DNA of 44,116 nucleotides from Chara braunii (taxonomy: Eukaryota > Plantae > Charophyceae): the NCBI GenBank assembly GCA_003427395.1, contig BFEA01000046.1, positions 1,366,573 to 1,410,688 on the forward strand, in the 5' to 3' direction. Numbering within the stretch: position 1 is the stretch's first letter; every line of letters begins with the position of its first letter. The notes below the pieces were generated by a model that worked only from the letters and a program-made list of their open reading frames with translations, did not search any database and was not told the DNA's origin. Position numbers and translations under genes: made by a program. This document shows positions 33,488-44,116 of this stretch, one piece after another.

Positions 33488-36400
33488 TCACACGTACGCT
33501 CAAGCAAAACAGCCCCGCTGTAGAAATTTTCCACTTCGGTGCCGACGAAATCGCCCACGACCTAGGAGTAAAATGACAACAACCTGACTTCGGTGGGAAA
33601 CATGGCTGCTAGGAAGAGGATGGGCTTCACAAGACTCTTGACCATGGAGATTGAAAACTAAAACCGTCGGGATCGCTACTAAATATGAGCGGCACCAATT
33701 TGGAGTTGTCTTATGTCAGCGAAACCAATATGCAGGCAATTCCGCGTGCGATCCCAATAGCGTTTGAGTAGCAGACAACTTGAACTTGACAACTCGAGAG
33801 GGGGAACGAACTCCTTGTCTTTCACGAAAACAACTGATCTCGAAGGCGATCGACGAAGGCGATAAAATCATCGGTGAAACCGATGGCCAAAACCACCGAC
33901 CTTCGCTCCTCCTGAAAAAATTGAGAATGAATCTTCCTCTAGATCACAAAGAGGTCCGTTCGCGTACCCAATCACGTTCGTCCCACCCAAAGGGAGCTCC
34001 ACATTTTGGCTTGCTCGACCCCTTCGACTCTGTGTCTCGTGCTTGTTCACACATGCTGCCTATGCTTGCTTCGAGCATTCGTCTTCCCCCTCCAACTTCT
34101 CTCAACCTCCTTGCCGCAGAGTCTCAGATCCGAACACCAAGCCGCAGGGAGATGGCAGCAGGCATGTGAGCGAACGAACACCGAGATCAAAGGAAGTGGC
34201 TTCGTATATAAGGCCGACCTCAACGGGAATGGTCACGATGACGCGAATGGCAAAGGAAGGCGAACGACTTTAAGATTCACTCCTTCCACTTCACGCACCA
34301 AAAGAGGACGAATCTTCCTCTAAAGCGGATGAAGGTGCATCACCATATCCTGCTTGTTCCGGCTTGATAGCTCAAAGCCTCTTCTTTCCCCTCTCCTCCT
34401 CATCCTCGTCAATACCCTCCTTTTGTTCTTCTCCGTCTTCCGATATCAGACGCATGAGGACGACACTTCTTCAGAACTCTACCCCGCCCCAAACTGGAAG
34501 CTTCCTAATGCAAGCTGTGCTAACTTATGGGGGTCGTTTGGTTGGTCGACCATGGCCTCATGACGAACCAAAGTTGAACGCACCTCCCCTGAACCTATGC
34601 CAGATTCATTAGTGGGGATTTTTGCACAGTGGCCATGCTAGTCTTCGAATGTTCCGAAGGATCCCCGGTCGAATTTTGACGACTTAGAGGTGTCGTTGCG
34701 AAGCTGTCCGGCCCCTGGCAATTCAGGCAATTTAGAAATGTCTGGTTGGCTAAGCCCAAACCTGAACGTAGTGGGCACAATTCTCCATATAAAGAGTAAC
34801 GGCGCCCAGCTCGGGCATGTCGAAATGCACCAAGGCCGCCGCTTGGCCCATCATCCGAGCCCATGGTCACTACGCACCCGCACTTGTTACTTTAGGGGGC
34901 GGTTTTCTCTCGCCCCTACTGCGTACGTAGCCCAATAATGTCTCCACCAAAGGTCGTGGCTTTTTCAATCCACCATACTACTTGAAAGATCGCATCTTTA
35001 CTGCCTTGGCATCGGAAAGTCCTGACTTCTGCCTACACCATACCCGGTTTGTGCCATCCTTGCTAGGATCGTTGGCAGTTTCCACTCCCTGGCGTGATTA
35101 ACCTAGGTAACCTGCAAACCCCATCTTCCGGCATGTCGATGGAAACCACCCCTGACCATAGACGTCAATCGTAACTCCGGCAGTGCGCGCGAGGTCAGTG
35201 CATGCGCAATGCTAGCCAAGATTTCAACATGTTCCTAGCTCGCACTACTAAGCGAGTTTGCTGGCTATGCTGATCAAATATCTAACTGAGCCAACGCGTG
35301 CCCACAAAGTCCACGCTCACACACTCTCTAATCTAATCATAGGTGTGTCAGCCATTCCCGACTTCTGAGGGTCGGTTATGGTTGCATGCAAATCGAATAC
35401 CCTCACAAGTATCATCACAGATGCGTCTCGTGCGAGATGCAAACACACGCACAAATACCCTTGTAAACGTATTAGTGCTGACACCGGGATAAAATACTAA
35501 AGTGCCAACCTAATATAAAATATAAGAAAAAGTAAAAACAACCAAGGTGACGTAATTTACAAGTATCTAATTCCTCCCACTGCGCCTCCGACCTGTCCCG
35601 TGACGAGCTGAGGTGCACTATGTCCCCACCCATGTGTCGCTCTCTCTGCGTGTGAAGGATCGGTATGCGGATCCCCTGTTGCGGCAGCCATGGCTGCAGC
35701 AGCCGCTGCTCTCCTAGCGTTGTCCATCCACGCAACAACGTCGATGGGCTATGTCTCTGTGTCCGCCTCGTCCCCGTGCGCCTCCATCTCGGCCAACCTA
35801 TCACACTTTCGAACCAACTCGTCCAAACGTTGTCGCTCGGCAGCAATCCGAGCCTCTACGCCATTGATGGATCCATGACGTCGGGCCTCTGCTGGCATAT
35901 GTAAATCACTCTCCTCACCCAACGTGTAAGGCAATCCTCAACGTCTATCCTCAACAGCACCTGGGGCCGGGAATCTCACCTGACTCCTCGTCTGTCTATC
36001 CGACAATCCCAGGATACGTGCTGCCATGTGCACAGAAGGTCGTCCTACGTCTGCAACGCCCTCGTCCCCCAAATCTGCCCCCGCTGACGAACCTCGTGCA
36101 AATAGCCCCTGTCCCCTGTCGTAATCCCTCCTCAAACGCTTCGTGACTTGTCTGCAAGACGAACACCCACTGTCGGATGCCACTGCAATCACTGCTCTGC
36201 CTGATGCGACGGCCGGTGGTGGACGTGGTGGGTGCATCTCTCTGGCTAACCCACCCCCAGAAACAGTTATTGTCTATCTGTCTGAGGCCTCATCCCCTCT
36301 GACATCACTGCGTGACGACCCTGACCATCGAGGGTTCTCGGGCACACACCAGGGAGGCGACGATAATCCATTTACGGTCGACAAGGATCACTCCTCCAAC

Positions 36401-37599
36401 CTGTGTGATAGTAAGGGTCCTCTGTCCCCGCGCGCTCCAACTGCTTTGGATCAAGACTGGGTGGGGTGGACTCCCCTAGCCTGTCGTCGAACTGACGACC
36501 CGTGTCGCCCTCATCAGCGTAAAAAGTTGACAGAGGCCTCACAATCAATGCGAGGGATATGTCTCCCGCTGCGTCCCACTGTGAGGAAAACCCGGGGAGG
36601 GGTCGTCTGCTCGCCGCTGAAGCCAGGGACAGCGGCGTCTGTCACCCGCCATGCCCGCTTTGGAGGTCCTTAGCGGCGATCAGTGACTGACAGTCGATTT
36701 GGCCTGTCACACGACCGACTAGGGGCTGAAATGAATCGCTTTTTCAGTAAACTGAAATGATTAAAAAAAAAAAGATAAAATTAAATAAATAGTTCAGGCG
36801 TGCAGACGGGAGATCTAAGTCAAACCTAAGTCTAAGGTCGTGTCAGTGAGTTCTCAAGTTTGTAAGGTCAGATCTGTACTTTATTTATTTATTTATTGTA
36901 TTTTGAGCAGAAACGGCAAGATCTATTGGCACAAAGAACATTTATAAAATGCACAGATATTAGAAAGGGTTCTGCAAAGATGCGGTTTACAGGGACATTC
37001 ACAAAATTTTGCTCATTAATGCAGATCCAAATGAGTCATGCAGAGATCCCCAAGGGTATATTGTGAACTTGGCCCAGGCTGATAGGTAGCTGCCTCTACT
37101 CAACATTGCCATTTGAACGATTCAAATCCCTTGGACAATGGTTTTGCATAAATTACCAGGTGATCAGACCGCAGATTACCGCTTCTTGGAAGGACCAGCC
37201 TGCTTGAGCTTATCACCCTTATGTCCATATCTTCACTTTTAGGAAATCCGAACGGTGGATGTCAACGTTTCGAAGTCCCCCTCATACGCATGAAATCGGA
37301 TCATGATTCGGAGCTGCGGGCAAAAAGTTATGAATATCATACTCATATTATATCGAAAGGTTACGTGAAAACCCTTTCTTTTCACATCCAGTCATGTGAG
37401 AGGTTCTCTACTCGAGGCCACTTGGAGTTGATGTCGTTCCCAGTCTGTCTCTCTCTGTCCATTTGTGCCCCATTCTGATGTGCCCTTCCCTGGTTTCGTT
37501 TTCCCCGAATAAGACACGCTGTCATCAAGGCGGTGTCAGTTTCAATGAACCCTGTGCCGTAATCGGGGGAACAACACTAGAGATGATGTTGTTAGCATA

Positions 37600-37985
37600 G
37601 TAGTGTCTCTTCATCTCTCTCTCACACACAAACTGGCTCCATTGGACCCTCACTTCTCCCAATCATCATGGCTATCAAATGGTCCAGCATTCATTCTCTC
37701 CTCTCTCTCTCTCGCTGTGCAGGCTCTTTTTCCCTCACTGCGCAGTCTCCCCCTCTCTCTCTGCAGACTCTCTCTCTCTGTAGTCTCCCTTTCTCTCTCT
37801 CTCTTTCCGCTGCGCTGTCAGTCTCCCTTCTCTCTCGCAGTCTCTCTCTCTATCTCTCTGCAGCGCTGTCACTTTCCCTCTTTCTGCTGCGCTGTCGGTC
37901 TCCCTTCTCTCTCCCTGTCTCTCTCTCTATCTCTCTCCAACGTCGTCACTCTCCCTCTCTCTCTCTCACTCACTCACTGTGTGTG
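37600..37985. repeat. Degenerate CT-rich low-complexity tract with recurring GCGCTGTC motifs
   Basis: Seen directly. Confidence 0.8.
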
Positions 37986-39999
37986 AGTGTCCGTGGAACT
38001 TTCGTTGATTCATGCAAGTTCCCCCTAGCTGTGCAGGGGGGGGAGGCACTGCGTGTGAAACAACACAATAAGATGATCCTCCATCACGAACGAGGGCAGA
38101 TACACTGACTTTTACTCTGCCCCCCTGTTCATCTACAATTGTCGAATGAGTAAACTAAAATAAACATGCGCTCAAATATGGCATAACACAACAATGTATC
38201 TGCACCTCGAACTTGGATTGATACATTTCCATCTGAGGGCGCTGAGGGCTCTCCCGCTCAGCAAATCACTTCACTGGTACACCCAAATGCACCTGGACGT
38301 AGTACGAGCCAGGTGGGTGCGATAAAATAAATGAATAAATAAATAAATAAATAAGAAGAAAAAGAAGAAAAAAAATAAAAAAATGGACTCTCTCTCCCGC
38401 TCGCTCACACACCCACTCACTCAATTAGACACTCTCTCTTCCTTTCCCTCTATCTCTTTGTCTATCACTCCCTCGCACACTCTCTCTCACACTCTCTCTC
38501 TCTCTCTCACTCTTTGTGAGTGGGTACGTTGGACAATGCCCTCCAGTGCACAGGTTGGGGAAGATTTTGTTCACACAACCAGCTACCAAGAGGATTATCA
38601 AGGTGCGTCTGCTGGAAGAGGGAAAACAACATGAATCTATTGCAAAAATTGGCCAAGTAAATCCTCCTTCACTCTCCCGATCAGCTTTCGCATTCGTCAC
38701 ACACTGCTCAGACTCTTCTTCCTAGCATGTCCTGAGCTCATTTCGTTTTCACTTCGAGCATCTCCACGAACAGGCACGAGCAAGGACCCTCTTCCATTGC
38801 GGACTTCTGGTCCGCCATACGGGCACTACCCACGAAAAAGGAAGTCAACTGACCTCTTAGCTGCTATAGGCATGCCAGCCACAGCTACAGCCCGCTTGCT
38901 CACGTGAACAGACACAAACCAACGCCAATCTCTGCCATGGTCACTTCTGCCTGCTGCTGCTACTGCATTTCCCGGTGTGGGGTGTGTTCGCCATTTTTGC
39001 TTCCACGTCCCCCATGCTCGCTTCTCCCTCCTCTCTTCCCAACCAGCGGAGAACTTGCATGGGCAGCAGCTCATGTGACTGTCACTCATGCATCCATACC
39101 AGCGAGCAGCATTCGCCACGTTCGCTTTCTTCAGTGCACCCTGTTCTCCCTGGTCGCCTGGGTGAGGCTCAGTTCCCCCTGGTCTCCCCTGCTGCCGAAT
39201 GTCCCTTGTACTCCGTTGTTCACCCCTATATCCCACGGTACCAGAGGCCGTGGCCTCAAGGGAGTGCCTGCATAGCCACAGTTGGCAATTTCCGGCCCGG
39301 TACCAGGGCTGTAGGACCTGTGTGGGCGTGGCGGTACCGACTGCGGTCCATAGGTCCAACGTCGTTACCAACCCATTTTAACATGTTACCTGGTGACCAT
39401 AATTGGCTGTTGGATCAACCGCCGCGAACAGATAAGTAATCATGTGCCTGTGCGGAACTGCAGCAAACTATAACGCCTTCAACCCGAAATTTCATGTCCG
39501 TTCCAACCAGTAAATCGTGCTCGTACCAAACCAGTTACCGTTCCGGGATAATAGTGTCACGTGTCCTAAGATCGAACTGACGGCCGCACTGTATTAACCA
39601 ACCTGCCGTAACCAAAAGCCGATCCCGCTTACTCAATAAACTCGGGGTCATAGATCAGATCAGTCAGGCAAAATTAAGCATGGGTTCATGGTTATCGGAA
39701 CTCGCATGAAATCAGGAAAAATAAATAATTCCCGGCCAAAATTTTTCAAGAATAAATTTCGATAGAAATCAATCAAATAATGATTAATCGTTTGTTTTGC
39801 CTTCTTCTATCTTTTTTAATTTTTTTGCTCATTATTAACTCTGTTATTGGGATTAATGAAAATTAAGAACAATTTTTCGAAGGATAAATTTTGATGAAAT
39901 TTAATCAAATAGCAAATATTTCGTTATTTTTCTTCATTTTATTATTTTAAATTATTTTTCTCAGTTTTACTTTTGTTATTAAAATTAATGAAAAAAATT

Positions 40000-42045
40000 G
40001 AGGGGCCAACTTCTCGTCAATTGTTGAGTGTAAAAGTGGGCTCGCCGAGCCTTAATCCTATACCGCTGCTCCGCAGTTGGCCGCTTCGGAAACAGCCTTG
40101 GAAACGAATGAAAATAGTAGATGTCAGATGCGGCAGACGCGACTGTTCATTCTGTTAATTCCAAGGGTCAGTTTCAATACTTGACGCGGGGGATTTTAGG
40201 CGTCTCCTTCCGACCCTTAATTTTTCCCGATAGCTCGGACGAAAGTCCCGGTCAATTCCTCTCTAGGCACTTAATCCAAGGCCCAATTCGTCAAAATTCG
40301 GGTGGCTGACTGACCTTCGGCCGCCCGACAAACAGGCCCGGACCTCTTCTCGACGCCCCCGTCGAGCCCGCGCCGTTTCAATCAGATGAATCATATGAGA
40401 TTTAAAATGACGATAGGACGTTTTCTCAAGACGACAGGGCTCGTCAATCCTTGACGTTATCCACTACTCTGTGAGGAACCATCTGTTCGTTAAACAGAGT
40501 CCCCATGATACCACTCCCAGGAACGTAAAATACTTCAGGAAGCACGTTCTCACATGCATCAAGAAAACGGGCGCGGTGCAGTCCGTTCTACCGCCCGAAA
40601 CCGTGACCGACGTGCGACTGGAATGACGTTGGCAAAAGACTTGTCTGCTAACGGCGTAGAATTAGTGAAAATTTCATCGATCGGAGGTACCGGTTTCTCT
40701 CGTTTGAGATCGATAAGAATCGTGGGTTCATCTCGCGTTCGCTTGGACGCTTCCAGTATGGAACATTACATACACTGACGAAGCGCTAACCCGTTGTTGT
40801 ATCAGTAACCCCCTCTGGACTTCGTTTTCCTGGTGATAGTACTCTTCGTTCTTCTTCCTCTCACTCTCGATCCACAATAACTATATCAGGTTCAACTCTC
40901 TTCTTTAAAGAAACAGCCCGCAATGATTTGGAAGAGACGACGAGGATGGGCGGCACTATAGGGGTCTTGCTTTTTGGTGGTAAGAAAATCCTGGCACTCC
41001 GCCTCTTTACCGCCGCCTTTACCTCGTCCTCGTCCAACGACGTTCGTCTGACCTCCAAGTCCTCCTTCGAAGGAAATACATGTGCATCCCTCAGATTGTC
41101 GGTTCTCTTGACGTATTGTCGGTCCTTGAGTCCCATTACGTCATAGTCTATTGCCTTCTGAAGATCCGGGCAATCTCTCCCGATATGGTCATCCGAACAA
41201 CAATAGACGCATGTGTTACGAGGAGAAGAAGGTCGAGCCTCTACACGTCTGTATCCTTCCTGTCCGCCAGATACCCGTGTGTCCTGAGGACGTGGACCAG
41301 GCTCTCGTTGTCCTCTGGCATCATCACGATGGTCCCGATCAACATCTCTCTTTTTGAGCCGCTCGCGGTAATTGTCGCGCCGGTCTCTCGCCGTCGGATG
41401 GTAATATCTATCTAGACTCTTAGGATACTACTTCGCATCCCAGAGGTCTTCGCTACCTGGATCATATCTCGGGCAATGAGGGTAGGTCTCCACCCAACCG
41501 TGTCGTCGATACTCGTTGTCCCTATCCCTCATATAGTCTCTATGATAGACAACTTGTCGATCTCGATCCTCGTCCTGGTACCTAGGGAGATCGTCCCGAC
41601 GTGTATCATACCACCGCTCCCTCGCTCGATAATCGGCCAGTGTTCGAGGGTTTCTATCGTCCGTGTCTCTCCACGGTCCTGGGTCACGATTATCCCACCT
41701 TAGCGAGTACGCTGAACCAGTCCTAACTCGATCGCACCTCAGCGAGTTCGACGAACCGTTCCTTGGCTGATAACTAACAATCTCTGTCTTCGCCTCTATC
41801 CTGGCGACTTGTCGAGTCAAAACCTCGATCATCTCCCTCATCTCCCTCATCTCATCCACCACAGTCTCTGTAGGTCGGCGCAGTCGGACTCCATCCAGCA
41901 AATATCGTCGATCCGCCCAAGGCTGATCATTGAAGTCAGCGCACCTCTCTATATCGTACTCTCGGTAGAGAGAGAAGTCCCGTCGTCGCATCCCTATGAA
42001 AAACCTGCGGACGCGTCCGCCGGCCCGATCTCGGATGGCGGCCAC
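40000..42045 (-). pseudogene. Decayed R/D-rich, coiled-coil-containing ORF, possibly a gag-like remnant of a non-autonomous LTR retroelement
   Basis: 205-aa ORF at 41428-42045 with heptad-like EMREMREMIEVLTRQVARIEAK, continuing in colinear broken frames (40861-41136 etc.). No diagnostic catalytic motif seen. Confidence 0.35.
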
Positions 42046-42291
42046 ATATGTGGTCGCGTCCGCGGCCGACTTGGTCCGCGCCGCGGACCCGATTTTACGA
42101 CATTTTTCCTGAATTAAATAATAGGAAAAAAAAAGGGGCCGTAGGGAATTTTAATACCTACAACCCCAGTTTTTATTTTTTGTAAACAAATATTTTTTTG
42201 GAATTATAAAAAATGAAAAACACAAAAGGTGGAGAAGAGAAATTAAAAAATAAAAAAAAATAAAAGTGTTTTTTTTTATAGATTTTTGGTT

Positions 42292-42926
42292 NNNNNNNNN
42301 NNNNNNNNNNNNNNNNNNNNNNNNNNNNNNNNNNNNNNNNNNNNNNNNNNNNNNNNNNNNNNNNNNNNNNNNNNNNNNNNNNNNNNNNNNNNNNNNNNNN
42401 NNNNNNNNNNNNNNNNNNNNNNNNNNNNNNNNNNNNNNNNNNNNNNNNNNNNNNNNNNNNNNNNNNNNNNNNNNNNNNNNNNNNNNNNNNNNNNNNNNNN
42501 NNNNNNNNNNNNNNNNNNNNNNNNNNNNNNNNNNNNNNNNNNNNNNNNNNNNNNNNNNNNNNNNNNNNNNNNNNNNNNNNNNNNNNNNNNNNNNNNNNNN
42601 NNNNNNNNNNNNNNNNNNNNNNNNNNNNNNNNNNNNNNNNNNNNNNNNNNNNNNNNNNNNNNNNNNNNNNNNNNNNNNNNNNNNNNNNNNNNNNNNNNNN
42701 NNNNNNNNNNNNNNNNNNNNNNNNNNNNNNNNNNNNNNNNNNNNNNNNNNNNNNNNNNNNNNNNNNNNNNNNNNNNNNNNNNNNNNNNNNNNNNNNNNNN
42801 NNNNNNNNNNNNNNNNNNNNNNNNNNNNNNNNNNNNNNNNNNNNNNNNNNNNNNNNNNNNNNNNNNNNNNNNNNNNNNNNNNNNNNNNNNNNNNNNNNNN
42901 NNNNNNNNNNNNNNNNNNNNNNNNNN
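42292..42926. other. Assembly gap (N run)
   Basis: Ns. Confidence 1.
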
Positions 42927-43020
42927 TTAGTAGTTTGGGGAGGAGTGTAGGTTGCGGCGTTCTGCACGTCTTCTCAGGCTGTGTGCATTTCCAGTGTCCG
43001 AAGTTGGGTGGGGGGAGTAC

Positions 43021-43058
43021 CTGTCTCTTATACACATCTAGATGTGTATAAGAGACAG
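43021..43058. other. Nextera mate-pair junction adapter; sequencing artefact
   Basis: Exact CTGTCTCTTATACACATCTAGATGTGTATAAGAGACAG. Confidence 0.99.
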
Positions 43059-43062
43059 GGGC

Positions 43063-43093
<31 letters not shown>

Positions 43094-43180
43094 AAAAAAA
43101 AAAAAAACGAATGAATGAATGAATCAATCAATCAATTAATCAGCCAATCAATCACGGGGGGGTGGCGCGACCCCGCCCCC

Positions 43181-43242
<62 letters not shown>

Positions 43243-43305
43243 TAATAAATCAACAAGAAAAAAAAAAAGCAAAATTGAATGAATGAATGAATGAATGAAT
43301 GAATC

Positions 43306-43363
<58 letters not shown>

Positions 43364-43400
43364 CCAATCAATCAAGGGGGGGTGGGGCGACCCCGCCCCC

Positions 43401-43453
<53 letters not shown>

Positions 43454-43571
43454 CGGAAAAAAAAAGAAGCAAAATCGAGTGAATCTTCTTCTAGAACATG
43501 GGAATATATAATCCTACCTGTGCGTGTGTGCGTGTATGCGCCTGTGGGGCCAATCAATCAATCAATCAATC
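43063..43571. repeat. (AATC)n/(GAAT)n microsatellites with two copies of a GC hairpin GGGGGGTGGSGCGACCCCGCCCCC
   Basis: Hairpin copies at ~43156 and ~43376, within a ~220-bp higher-order duplication. Confidence 0.92.
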
Positions 43572-43639
43572 ACTGCATCAACGGAAAAAGAAAAAAGAAA
43601 AAAACGCGCTATCGCGCTCACGGTCCCCGCTGGGTAAAC

Positions 43640-43846
43640 CTTGTCGGCCGCGTCACGCAGGATTGGCAGTATTCGCAAGTCGCTTCACGAAAAGGGAAGT
43701 GGAAGAGCCACTCCGGCCGAATGCGCCAACTATACCTCCATCGAGTCCCTACGACAGGAGAGGGTCTCGCGAGGTACAACTTACCTCCACCTGCGGGAGC
43801 TGTCACCATCCCTTGGGTGGGCGTATCCCCGCCGAGCTACTGAACC
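43640..43846 (-). mobile_element. Diverged homologue of the gypsy 5'-leader segment at 26765-26958
   Basis: Shared colinear blocks CGTCACGYAGGATT, CTCCGGCCGARTGCGCCA, CTTACCTYCAC and CCATCCCTTGGGTGGGCGTATCCCCRCCGAGCTACTG. Confidence 0.85.
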
Positions 43847-44053
43847 ACACACGAAAAAGGAGAAAAAGATGAAGAAGCAGTAGAAGACGATAAAAAATAT
43901 ATAAAAAAAAGTACGAACAAAAAGGAGAAAAAGATGAAGAAGAAGAAGAAGACGAAAAAAAAGGAAGACAACAAAGAAAAGAAAAAAAAAGTTAACCTAA
44001 AGCGAAGAAAAAAAAACACGAGAAAAGGTTCAACAAAGAAGAAGAAGAAGAAG

Positions 44054-44089
<36 letters not shown>

Positions 44090-44116
44090 TCGCGGCCGAG
44101 CGCCGTCGAAGAAGAA

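Noticed and set aside
33490-39450. Possible DNA-transposon (hAT/Harbinger) or host gene remnants
   Set aside because: Coding-like GC-rich patches exist (35600-36700, 38500-39440), but I found no recognisable motif, TIR or TSD.
42151-43065. Long ORFs of 214-304 aa
   Set aside because: Artefacts of the N gap and adapter.

Overview
Repeat-rich eukaryotic nuclear scaffold, probably from a non-seed streptophyte such as a charophyte alga. That assignment is inferred from plant-type U6 sequence and mitochondrial-type cox3 and trnR(UCU) fragments. Left part: a tandem U6 snRNA pseudogene fragment, a large exon of a secreted or membrane protein that ends in the first part of a Spondin_N domain, microsatellites, small NUMT fragments and two tRNA-headed SINE-like elements. 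Middle, all on the - strand: a decayed L1/Tx1-type LINE (APE-RT-CCHC ORF2) preceded by two divergent tandem ORF1 paralogues. It abuts a Ty3/gypsy element truncated after RT, which has gag-PR-RT, a probable 5'-leader intron, a tRNA-Leu-like PBS and a 927-bp TGTA...TACA LTR. The LTR also has a PPT-like tract on its other side. Beyond that lies the most striking feature: an array of about 18 stem-loops with a near-invariant AACTTA loop, compensatory stem changes and non-repeating spacers (~63-nt period). It looks like a CRISPR array but sits in a retrotransposon 3' non-coding region. Right part: decayed unclassified repeats, a gag-like remnant, assembly gaps and microsatellites. Two Nextera mate-pair junction adapters (14044, 43021) mark assembly artefacts. 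Most short ORFs in the track are noise.
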